From Octopus sinensis (Eukaryota): a stretch of DNA of 64,000 nucleotides. Position numbers and translations under genes: made by a program. Every line of letters begins with the position of its first letter. Positions within the stretch are counted from its first letter, which is position 1. Below, in pieces: positions 52,251 through 64,000 of the stretch. Where the stretch lies: assembly GCF_006345805.1 (NCBI RefSeq), contig NC_043017.1, positions 28,396,001 to 28,460,000 on the forward strand, in the 5' to 3' direction. Under the pieces are notes generated by a model. It made no database searches, was not told where the DNA came from, and saw only the letters and a list, made by a program, of their open reading frames with translations.

Positions 52251-52484
52251 AGATTTACTTAACAGAAAAAGTAGCTGGGCATGTTGATATAATGAGTCTG
52301 CAGACTTGCCTTGAAATTGGGGGATATGTGTTCTTTAAACCCGCGTTCTAATACCTATATTTTTCTGTCGGGATAAGTGGCGGTTATATCCCCTAATATT
52401 AGACAATGTTTGGTTGTCAACATACGGTGAAAACTTATAATTGTATTCACAAAATTATCACTCTTACTGTTGCTTCACTTACGA

Positions 52485-52550
<66 letters not shown>

Positions 52551-53874
52551 TATATTATTTATGATATACATTTACATATAAGTTGTAGGCAACAAAGTAA
52601 TCAGTAGTTAACTCAATACTTTACTCAAAATTTTCATTTCATAGAACTTTACTTATATACAATATCCGAAGGCAAGAATACAATATTACAGTGTTGTCAA
52701 CGAATGATGAAGAAAATTGAATATATAACTAAAATTAAATAATATATATATTTAGGAAAAAGATATAATCAAAAGTAACTTTTGAAATGAATGTATGAAC
52801 GAATAGAAATAAATAAGTATGTAAATTGACAGTTAAATTATTTGATACTTAGCATGAAATCGTTATGAAACGAAAGTGAAAATGGTATACTTACTGAGCT
52901 GTGAGTCACGACTACCTTATGTCGTTATATATTTATTTAGTAGTGAGATGAAACGACATAGAAGAAAATTTTATATGATGCGTCCATTAATTTTAAGTCA
53001 AGCATCGTTCGTACGCGAAACCTTCTTTAAACACTACGTGACGGCTTATATAATCACAGTATGGTTTTTTAAATTTTATTGCATAAATACAATAGAATAT
53101 TTTTTTCAATATATCTTTCCTGCAAAATCCATGTTATGTTAAAATTGATGTTCAGTTGACAGTAAATACTCAAACTATTATTTGTGCTGAATAACAGTGA
53201 ATGAGGAAACAATATGTTGTCATAGCAATGAAACGTTCGTCGGGATTACGCAAGGGAAGTCACTCTGCATGGTATAATAATAATAATAATAATAATAAAA
53301 CTATGCATTTCGTCATAAGAGTTCCACGTAATTTTTCTTTTATCATTATAGCGACTTATGTCAAAGATGAAAAAATTATTAATATATTACAAGTAAAAAA
53401 AATAAAGAAAATGAAACTTAGCTTTTGCATGCAAAGTTCTACATGAATTTTAAATTGAATTTAGAATTCCTGCATGCATACATAATATAGTCTTCCATTC
53501 ATAAATACATACATATAACGTAAATATTGAAAGAAATTCGTGATGTTATCATTTATAATACAGTTTTCAATAGCTGCTATCAATCATTTTCAAATATCAT
53601 ATATATATATATATACCAACGATTTTTTTGCGCAGCAAATGATGTTTACACCGAAGACATACACATAATTACAAATTTAATATAGTGTCTCATAAAATTT
53701 AGACGGTAAAATGCTACGTTAAATTAACCAGAGAAATATTTTTGGCTTTACATGAGAGCAATCATAATCGTTTGATAAAATATAGGTGAGTCAAGGTAAG
53801 CTACCGAAGGAACTGTACAAATATGTATATGGATTAACATTAGAAGGATAAAGCGCCTTCCCAAGTGCTATAGA

Positions 53875-54080
53875 CTCACAAGGCCGGTTTCTCGGATTTC
53901 TGGTCTATACACTCCGTCCTGGATATGACGCCTGTCGATCGGAAGAATACTCATTTTTATCAATTGAGTAATCTGAAGTAATTTGTAATGAAGTATTTTT
54001 CTCAAGAAATTTATGATTCGCCCGGTTCAGGAATCGAACTCACAATCTTATGATCATGACTGCAACACCTAAGCCACGCA
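53875..54080 (-). mobile_element. SINE family C, diverged
   Basis: Reverse strand GCGTGGCTTAGG...GTGAGTTCGATTCCTG head with similar body. Confidence 0.6.
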
Positions 54081-54107
54081 TCACAAATTAATATTCTACT
54101 AGCTTTT

Positions 54108-54763
54108 AAGGTGTCGAGCTGGCAGAAACGGTAGCACGCCGGGCGAAATGCGTAGCCGTATTTCGTCTGCCGTTACGTTCTGAGTTCAAATTCCGCCGAG
54201 GTTGACTTTGCTTTTCATCCTTTCGGGGTCGATAAATTAAGTACCAGTTACGCACTGGGGTCGATGGAATCGACTTAATCCCTTTGTCTGTCCTTGTTTG
54301 TCCTCTCTGTGTTTAGTCCCTTGTGGGTAGTAAAGAAATAGGTATCTAATTAAGTATAAAAAAGAGCTCGTTTGAGTGTCTTAATATTGGTTGTTATACT
54401 CACAAATATTTGTCTATCGCATCCTCCCAGCCTTCAGATTCACTAATATTCTCGGAATTTCAAACGTAACCCTGTATTAAATCTAAAATTTTTCTCATCC
54501 GACTGCCCTAACGGGAGATGGTATCTATTAAGGCGGCGAGCTGGCAGAAACGTTAGCACACCGGGCGAAATGCGTATCCGTATTTCGTCTACCGTTACGT
54601 TCTGAGTTCAAATTCCGCCGAGTCGACTTTGCCCTTCATCCTTTCGGGGTCGATTAAATAAGTACCTGTTGCGCACTGGGGTCGACATAATCGACTTAAT
54701 CCATTTGTCTGTCCTTGTTTGTCCTCTCTGTGTTTAGCCCCTTGTGGGTAGTAAAGAAATAGG
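54108..54763 (+). mobile_element. Two SINE-A copies (54108-54342 and 54530-54763)
   Basis: Full-length matches to family A. Confidence 0.9.
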
Positions 54764-54829
54764 TATCTAATTAAGTATTCTCTTTCCGATATCGCTTTAG
54801 CCACGCTTCTTTAGATGAAACGCTCCTTT

Positions 54830-55370
54830 AGTTGATCAACCGCCGCCCTTCGTTTGTATTTGGCCTGTACCATTCTGCTTAGTTCTGTAAATTCTCCACC
54901 ATTAGCTTCAAATCTTGCTTACGGTCTTCCTCTTATTATTTTGCCACATATCACACCTGTTAACAAGAAATTGTCATGGTCTTATCTGCTTAGTATACGA
55001 CCAGTGAAGGTCCGCATTGTTTTCATGAGAACATTCAAAAAACTTTCCTGAAAGCTTATCTCGTGAAAGATCCATACATTAGCACCTTTGTCCACCCAAC
55101 TTATTCAGAGAATGTGCGTAAATCACCGGTTTTCATAGGCGTCAATTTTCTTTTTAACAATTTTCTTTATCACCCAGCATTTAACTCCATATGTGGCTAT
55201 GACAAAATATTGAATTGAGACGTTGCATTTGTGTTTGCAAGGAGAGAGCTTTATTCTTCCATATACTGTTCAGTGATATCATTGCATTCTTGACTATACC
55301 GAGTCTTCTCTTGATTTTATGGGTGTCATCACTTCAACCAGAGAATATATATTTGGATAAAACTGACATT
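54830..55370 (-). pseudogene. RTE-clade LINE ORF 3' fragment (post-RT region)
   Basis: KIKRRLGIVKNAMISLNSIWKNKALS, ATYG..W, ISWVDK and GVICGKIIRGRP, with frameshifts. Confidence 0.75.
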
Positions 55371-56864
55371 CAAGTCATGTTCACTAGCTAAATGTCTAAT
55401 CTCACCACTTAATCAGCAGGGCAATAGAAGTGTGTGAATATAAGCTTTAAGTAGGTGATAAGTTTACAAGTTTAACTGGTAAGGAAGAATTCATTGCATT
55501 CGCTACTCAATATATACTCGGGATGTGAAGGCGTATGCCTTAATGGTTAAGTTATCCGGCTCCCGATCAAATAAGTACCAGGCGTAAAAAAGGAAATAAG
55601 TTCTGGTCTCGATTAGTTCGACTAAAATTCCACAAGGTGGTGCTGCAGCATTGCCACATTCTAATGAGTGAAACAGGTAAAATAAATAAAGATAAAAGAT
55701 AATAAAGACGACCATGATATTAATCTGAATATGTCAATGCATAATCGATATTTTTGATTTAATAAAGAGTACTTGATAAATAATAATATTTGATCAGGTA
55801 AACTCAATATGTCATTTGAACGCCACTCAGCAGTATTGTATTATGTTGGTATGTCATACTTGAAATGATAGCCATTCTTCGAAGAATTATATGGGATTCT
55901 GTAACTGACAAAGTTAGATAATAATGAAACACATAGAGCTATGGGCAATTTGAATGTCTTATTTGAGATTTACGTAAGAACGGATACAAGAATAAGTATA
56001 TAATCTGATAGACGATATATATATATATATTTTTCAATATATGTAATAGGGTGGATGAAGACAAGAGCACAACACTTTGCAAATGGCCATCGTTTATTCT
56101 GTTTTTGTTTTTTTTATAAGGCTTTTAGTGTATGAAATCTTATGAAAGATGTAATATACAGCAGCACTTATACATTAGCGCATGTATTAAGTGCTGCCGA
56201 ATATGGATGTCAGCTTTGCTTTTGCATGTCAATCAGGCAGTTCAAGAAGATAATTTTTGTACACCTCTTGCAGAGTTATCTATTCTGGTGACATTTTCAG
56301 TTTGATAGATGAATTGCAATTCATACCAGTATGTTCCATTTGTATATCTTTCGGTATGACGACTGCTTTCACATAAAATGTTGTATTAAGTAGATTGAGT
56401 GTGAGGGAAAATCAGCGACAGACGAAGAGGTTCTCAAGTTATCTGCTGCCGTTGTTATCTTTTGTCTCTCATTTTGCAGTGATATGAGCCGAGTTTGATC
56501 TCTACAACTGCATCCCCACCGCTGTAGTTTTGTTTCGAAAGAGAGTACGTATCCCCTTGCTCAGTATTACATAATTTTTCTTCTTGAATTATAAGCACAT
56601 TCAAATTATTTAAAAGAGGTGTTAACTGTACGAGAACTACATGGCACAAAAGCCATTGGGAATCACGTAACTAGGAGACATCCAGGTTTTTTACTATCAA
56701 TAATTATAGGTAGATATTCTTGCAGTGTGCATGCTATTTCTAGCTAAGCACTTTGATCTTGCGAACATTACTGAAGGACAAAAATAGCAATTTACCGTAA
56801 TGTCACCGAAAGTGAAAATACTTCAATACCGGAAACGACACCATTACATCTATCACATTTATAT

Positions 56865-57580
56865 TCTTTCTACTACAGGCCTGAAATTTTGGGGGAGGGA
56901 ACTAGTCGATTACATCGACTCTAGTGTTTCAGCGGGAATTAATTTATAGACACCCAAAGGATGAAAATCGACGTCAGCGGAATTTGAACTCAGAACGTAG
57001 GCGACAGGGAATATACCTATTTCTTTACTACCCACAAGGGGCTAAATACAGAGAGGACAAACAAGGATAGACAAACGGATTAAGTCGATTATATCGACCC
57101 CAGTGCGTAACTGGTACTTATTTAATCGACCCCGAAAGGATGAAAGGCAAAGTCGACCGCGGCGGAATTTGAACCCAGAACGTAACGGCAGACGAAATAC
57201 CCATTTCTTTACTACCCACAAGGGGCTAAACACAGAGAGGACAAACAAGGACAGACAAACGGATTAAGTCGATTATATCGACCCTAGTACGTAACTGGTA
57301 CTTATTTAATCGACCCCGAAAGAAAGAAAGGCAAAGTCGACCTGGACGGAATTTGAACTCAGACCGTAGTGACAGGCAAAATACCTATTTCTTTACTACC
57401 CACAACAGGCTAAACACAGAGAGGACAAACGGATTAAGTTGATTATATCGACCCCAGTACGTAACTGCTACTTATTTAATCGACCACGAAAGGATGAAAG
57501 GCAAAGTCGACCTCGGCGGAATTTGAACTCAGAACGTAGCGACAGGCAAAATACCGCTAAGCATTTCGTTCGCCGCCTTT
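56865..57580 (-). mobile_element. Head-to-tail array of four SINE-A units
   Basis: Junctions ...ATACC|YATTTCTTTACT at ~57017, 57201 and 57385. Confidence 0.9.
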
Positions 57581-58171
57581 CTGTCACATTCAGATCAACG
57601 TGACATTTACTCTTTTACCACCAAGTGTATCAGTTTGGGTTTACCAAATTACAATATTAGTAAAAACGTAAATATTGAATATGAAAATTTCTTTATCTCA
57701 AGTTTTCATTGTTTTCACAACACATTATTTGAAGCTGTTTAAAATTATTCTCTAATACAGCAGCCAATTGAAAGCGGTTTATTTGTTGAAAATACTATGT
57801 AGTTACCAATACATCAACGCCATAATTAATTTTAAAGTATTTTCCAAATTCACATATTATGAACAATAAATTAAGTGTTTTGGAAAATATCATAAAATTG
57901 CTAAAATTGTTAACGGCTAAAAATTAAAAAGACTAAGAAAATTTTCTCCTTTTACATTTGGTAAGAAAATAATTTCAAATATAATTTATAACAATAAACT
58001 TTCCGTCATAACTACATGCCATTTATTTAGAGATATTTGCAAACATCTCTCATCTAAGAGTTTAGTAAGTGCGGCTATTTTGGAGACCGATCAATGTTTA
58101 TTAAGTTAATCACAAAATTCCGGAGGCTTCTGGAATGAGCTTATGCACAAAATATTAGGAAATTTACGTTT

Positions 58172-58271
58172 CACAACAAATATGTACAAGAAATAGTCAC
58201 AAATATGTCACGACAAATAGGTACAAGAAATAGTCACAAATATGTCACAACAAATATATACAAGAAATAGT
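58172..58271. repeat. 37-bp tandem repeat (~2.7 copies)
   Basis: CACAACAAATATGTACAAGAAATAGTCACAAATATGT repeated. Confidence 0.8.
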
Positions 58272-58429
58272 GAGGTTTTCGGGCTGAATTTGAGGATACC
58301 TTGTCTCCTTTTCTCAGGAACAGCTTGAGGAATTGGTGAACAGTCAGCGGTGAAGAGGAGTATAAAGATTGTAGTTAAGAAAAAGTGAGGTAACATGGCG
58401 ATGTGGAAGCTTTTGGAAAAGAGTTACCA

Positions 58430-58850
58430 GGCGCAGGAGTGGCTGTGTGGTAAGTAGCTTGCTAACCAACCACATGGTTCCGGGTTCAGTCCCACTGCGT
58501 GGCATCTTGGGCAAGTGTCTTCTGCTATAGCCCCGGGCCGACCAATGCCTTGTGAGTGGATTTGGTAGACGGAAACTGAAAGAAGCCTGTCGTATATATG
58601 TATGTATATGTATATATATGTGTGCGTGTGTGTGTTTGTGTGTCTGTATTTGTCCTCCCAACATAGCTTGACAACCGATGCTGGTGTGTTTACGTCCCCG
58701 TCACTTAGCGGTTCGGCAAAAAGAGACCGATAGAATAAGTACTGGGCTTACAAAGATTAAGTCCCGGGGTCGATTTGCTCGACTAAAGGCGGTGCTCCAG
58801 CATGGCCACAGTCAAATGACTGAAACAAGTAAAAGAGTAAAGAGTAAGAG
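58430..58850 (+). mobile_element. SINE family B, full-length reference copy
   Basis: GGCGCAGGAGTGGCTGTGTGGTAAG (A box)...GGGTTCAGTCCC (B box)...CTTGGGCAAGT (CORE-like)...(TA/TG)n...AAAGAGT tail. Confidence 0.92.
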
Positions 58851-59251
58851 TATATCATTCGCGCCGGGGATCCAATGCCGAAGCAATGACTGCTGCTCGA
58901 TGATCTGTGGACAATGTAAAATCTGTAAAATATAACACAGAGGGGCTGCAACGGAATCTTAGAAGATGTGGCCAGTAAGAGAGAATACAGCAGGCGTTCT
59001 CACTGCGTCCGCAGGTTCGATATTCATCACCATATCTTTGAAAGAGACCTTATGCTCAATTCAGACAGCCAGCCAGCCAGCCAGCCAGAAGTGTGGAGCT
59101 GCTGGAGACTGTGTTCAATCCCGGCTGGAGGGGGTTGCTATTGGAAATTTTGTCTTTGGCAGCAGGATTCGATTCTTTGCCGTACCTGCGGAAATGGCAG
59201 AAGTGTTTGTCGAAGAATTTATACGACCGGAACAGCTCCAACTCCCGGCCT

Positions 59252-59490
59252 CCAATTTTCCCGATTATAATCGGGGGAATTTTGTCGAACCACTAGGTTA
59301 CAGGTTGTAAACATACCATCAGCGGTTGTCAAACGGCGGTCGGGAACAAACTCAGATACAAAGACACACAATTTTCTCGATTATAATCGGGGGAATTTCG
59401 TCGAACCACTAGGTTACAGGTTGTAAACATACCATCAGCGGTTGTCAAACGGCGGTCGGGAAGAAACTCAGATGCAAAGACACACACACA
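59252..59490. repeat. ~117-bp tandem duplication of a diverged SINE-B fragment
   Basis: CAATTTTCYCGATTATAATCGGGGGAAT...CAAAGACACA occurs twice. Confidence 0.8.
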
Positions 59491-59761
59491 CAATGTAAAA
59501 AAGATTTTAAAATCCAGATAGCAATAAAACACGCAATGTTATACGAATTTGTGTAACTATATCCAACATTCAAATAGAAATAAATGCCAATACAATAATC
59601 ATCCAGGGTAATTGCTAATGTATATCCAAATAAAGTTTCAAGAAATGAGGTGTATAAAACCACAAGTGCTACGTAGTGGATCTGAAACCGGAACCATGTT
59701 GTTGGCAAGCAGGCTACTTACCACACAGCCGTGCCTGCGCCTATATATACATATATATATA

Positions 59762-60220
59762 ACGAGAAGCTTTATGAAAATAAACAAAAGACGAAGGCAG
59801 GTGGAGTACAAACAAACAATCGTATTAGTATGGCGCTCAGGAATATAAATAAAACAAGTCTTTTACGTTTCGAGCCTACGCTCTTCAACAGAAAGATACA
59901 CAGAAAAGAAACACGGAGAGAAACAAGCAGAGAAAAAAAATGCGTGCAGAAGCTAGCGATTCAACATGGCTATCTGATTTCGGCCAGAAGTCAGAGATCA
60001 AACGTGAGACGCAAGAGCGAAAATAGGGGAGATAACAGGGTCAAATGACTTCGCCCCAACATAAGTGTGCGTGTGTGTATGAGAGAGTATTAGTGCGTAT
60101 GAGAGGTCTGGACGTGTGTATGTATGTATGATGTGATGTGTAATGTCGTATGGTGTAGTGTAGAGAGGGGAGATGAGGGGGAGAGTGGAGGAATTTATTT
60201 ATTGCACATTTATAGGACAA
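59762..60220 (-). mobile_element. Longest family 2 PLE-like copy, intact hammerhead variant at 59859-59896
   Basis: TCTTT-CTGTTGA-A-GAGC[GTAG]GCTC-GAAAC-GTA-AAAGA. Right boundary approximate. Confidence 0.65.
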
Positions 60221-61146
60221 GACTTAGAAGACAGGTACTCACACAAAATTATCATTAGCCTACAAAGCCTTTTTAAAGCCAATGTATTACTCACACACAC
60301 GCACGCACACACACACACACCAGCACCAGTACCACCATCACCACACACACACATACATACACACACACCACACACACACACACACCACACACATATATAT
60401 ATATATGTATACATGCATAACAAACATTTTCATGTATGTACGCATTCATGCAGACGTATACCTAGACACACAGAAAGACACAGACACAAAGTTACACACA
60501 CACACAAACACACACACACACACACACAAACCTAACACGTTCACATACGTCCACTCGCTGCCATCCATTTTACATTCACATAAATAGCTTAAGAACGAAA
60601 ACAAAAACCAAAGCAACCACAACAAAAAAAAACAAAAAAAAAAAACGAGAACAAGCTCAAAGAACGGGGAAAAAACTCACTCACTCACTCACTCACTCAA
60701 AACATACATCTGAAATAAATAAAGTAGTCATCTCATCATTGGAAATCTCATACACATTGGCTTCCGATCAACTGTCCAATTATAAATATGTAGTAAACAA
60801 ATGAATCTGTTTTGTCTTTAGTTATTGTAGCTAAATTTGAAAATTGTAGCGAAAATTTATATTATTGTTATTTATATTACCATTGCGATTGATATAGATA
60901 CGGTTCTTATAGATTCGATTATTTCGGAGTTACTCTATATTTTGTTATTATGTTGGGTTTGATATTATTTTTCTATTTTCTTCCAAAAGTAATTTATTAT
61001 CAGATACATAAATGTATAGAAGAAAACGGATTATATGTCAATTTAGATATTATATTCTGTAATAGAATCGAAGAGAAGAAGAAAATAACCTCATAATAGA
61101 AACCTATAAGCTGACATATGTATATACGTTGATAAATAGAAACAAA

Positions 61147-61234
<88 letters not shown>

Positions 61235-61393
61235 CATCTATATGTGTGTGTTAGTCTGTATATCTTTATATATATATATGTACCTACATTGATATGTAGA
61301 CAAAATAAATAATTCACAATGGAGTAATAATAATAATAATGATGATGATGATATTATTATTATCATTATTATATTATTATTATTATTTATCTG

Positions 61394-61424
<31 letters not shown>

Positions 61425-61500
61425 ATATGTATATATGTATAAGTGTATGTATGTATATATACACACATATATATATATATAATATATGTATAAGTGTATG

Positions 61501-61553
<53 letters not shown>

Positions 61554-61558
61554 AAGTG

Positions 61559-61603
<45 letters not shown>

Positions 61604-61767
61604 TATATATAGATATATATGCATACAAACACATATATATGCAGAGAAAAATGTATAAATATATAGATACTCAAGTGCATGTATACAGAAATGCATAACA
61701 GACATTTATCTATTTACCTATTATGTATGTATGTATGTATGTATGTATGTATGTATGTATCAATCGT

Positions 61768-61808
<41 letters not shown>

Positions 61809-61810
61809 AC
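61147..61810. repeat. (ATCT)n, (ATT)n, (TA)n and (ATGT)n microsatellite cluster
   Basis: Direct inspection. Confidence 0.95.
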
Positions 61811-62049
61811 TTATACATATACACACATCCAAATGAAACAATAACTCGTACATAATAAGCCCGTCTTCATGAAGCTGTTCCTTTCGATGTAAACATTCTC
61901 ACATTCGCGTACACTCACAAATAATTTAGTTGAAACGACTCGTCACATATGTTATGATCCTTGTTTCACATTTTGTCAGTGAATATGTACTTTTTATCCG
62001 CCATCATGATTTTGAGTATGTGTAAATATGCCTTTATATATGTGTGTGT

Positions 62050-62097
<48 letters not shown>

Positions 62098-62759
62098 GTG
62101 TGTGTATCTGTTTTTGTGAAATAGTGTCAGTATTGCTGCGCTTATTGGTAATTCTTATTCGTTTCTTTATGAAGTGTGACCTTTTTTTTTTGTTATTATT
62201 TCACAAGAGATATTGTCGAGATTATATTTGCGAAATCATGGATAATGAATATAATGAAATGTAAACATTTACTTGATAGAATAATATTCTGTTTTCTGAA
62301 ATCGAACGGAATTCTGCGAGGAGATGAAATGTAGTAAGCATTGATCTCCGACGAAAATAAAAGCGAATTCATAAACGCAATAAAACTAAGAAAAAAAAAG
62401 CTAAGATATATTTACGTTGAAAATCGGTAGCCAATGATATTTCCTTTATTCATGAGGGGATACGAACGAAAATCCAAGACGTTCTGTATATATTGTTCAA
62501 TCGTTATACCATAAAACCTTTCGCATATAATCTCTAATTATTATTTTTCGTTACTGTTCAGTCTATGAGAAAGAGGCTTAATACTAAAACATTTTTACTG
62601 GTTCTCTGCGAAACAGCTGGTTGTACAACTTATAGAGTATTCCCATACCAGGTGTATAGTCAGTATAGCTGCAACAAAGTTGTTTCCGTTAGGGCTAGAT
62701 GTACAGAGGGCTGATTATATATCTATGAATTTTTGGTGAAATTCTTTGAAGGAATCACC

Positions 62760-63115
62760 TGGGGCAGATGTGGGCATGTTGTAAGAAGTTTGTCTCCTAA
62801 TTAGATGGTCCTGCGTTCCGTCGTACTGCGAGGGACGTTGGTCAAGCGTCTTCTATTCGACAAACCAAAGCCTTCTGAGAGAATTTGGTTGGCAGAAACT
62901 GAAAGAACCCTAAGGCAACGAGCTGGCAGAAACGTTAGCACGCCGGGCGAAATACCTAGCGGAATTTCGTCTACCGCTACGTTCTGAGTTCAAATTCCGC
63001 CGAGGTCGACTTTGCCTTTCATCCTTTCGGGTTCGATTAAATAAGTACCAGTTACGTACTGGGGTCGATATAATCGACTTAATCTGTTTGTCTGTCATTG
63101 TTTGTCCTCTCTGTT
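62760..63115 (+). mobile_element. Diverged SINE-B 5' half followed by SINE-A (62911-63115)
   Basis: Similarity to both families. Confidence 0.8.
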
Positions 63116-64000
63116 GTCTCAGCTCAGAGCAGCGGCCATGCTGATACACCGAGTTGCTAGAAATATCAGCAGAAAATTCGACTTGAAATTGTAAGCTATT
63201 TCCAACATGTCCCGTCGCATACAAAATTGAGCCTTTCCATTTTCCCCACTGCAATTTTTCTGAGGTAAAGCTAATTTCAAAATGGTAGATTCTTCTCCTT
63301 ACATTACCTTCCTCGAGCGATGATAATCTAAAATTATATTTCGGAGTCACTTTGTCTTACGTATTATAATTTTTGTCGTTGCTTTTATTTACAAGCAGAC
63401 GCGCGCACGAACATACATATGTTATATATAATTATACTATATTTAAATAAATATAAATATAAATATACGTACGTGTGTACATCTCTGTGTATTTATCTGT
63501 TTTTTCCTTATTCTTTACGTTTTGTTATTTAGATATAAAATGTCAAATTATGTTAAGATAATGAAAAATGTACTGAGTGTGTTTCACACACTTAGAATTT
63601 ACACGAGATTGCTTTTAATTTTCCGAATCAACGAAGTCAAAGAGTACATCACAAATGCATTGTGTTTAACATTCATGAAAGTGTTTATGCAATAACCACG
63701 TCATTCCATTTTTTGTCTCTGTTTTCTCTTTCACACATTTAAAATTTTCCTATTATTATAATAAAACAACTGCCAATGCACCACACACACATCAGCTACA
63801 CAGAAGTTATTACGAAAAAAACTGAAGAAGTTTGCAATATCTTTTAAAAGTGAAATTAAACGTAATAGGTGGGAAAATATTAATTCCTAACATTTAAACA
63901 AAATTCGTTTTCCACAGGAGATACAGTCAATTTGATAGATATTTATTTTAACCATTGCTTTAAAAGGAGGGTTAATTCGACGTTGAAGATGTTTTGGCAC

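Noticed and set aside
15481-62264. ORFs rich in YI/HT/CV/MY or poly-L/poly-N
   Set aside because: Translations of (TA)n, (CA)n, (TACA)n and (AAT)n microsatellites.
13490-63350. Recurrent ORFs such as GLLSVSVYQIHSQG, RNWYLFNRPRKDERQSRPRRNLNSER and YLIDPERMKGKVDLGGI
   Set aside because: Chance frames through SINE-A and SINE-B copies.

Overview
Repeat-dominated, AT-rich eukaryotic DNA. The SINE families and microsatellite load suggest an octopus (coleoid cephalopod) genome; this is inferred, not verified. Bases 1-12620 are a ~73-bp tandem satellite (~170-175 monomers) that runs off the left edge. The remaining 51 kb has no intact protein-coding gene I can support. It is a mosaic of three tRNA-derived SINE families, microsatellites, decayed mariner/maT, RTE and CR1 fragments, and non-autonomous Helitrons. 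The main hidden signal is about a dozen minimal type I hammerhead-ribozyme motifs in at least five unrelated repeat families of Penelope-like (PLE) architecture, several with compensatory stem changes. One family joins a tRNA-like Pol III head to a hammerhead and occurs twice as a head-to-head palindrome. Nearly all ORFs in the supplied track are artefacts of satellite, microsatellite or SINE sequence. All folds and alignments were read by eye.
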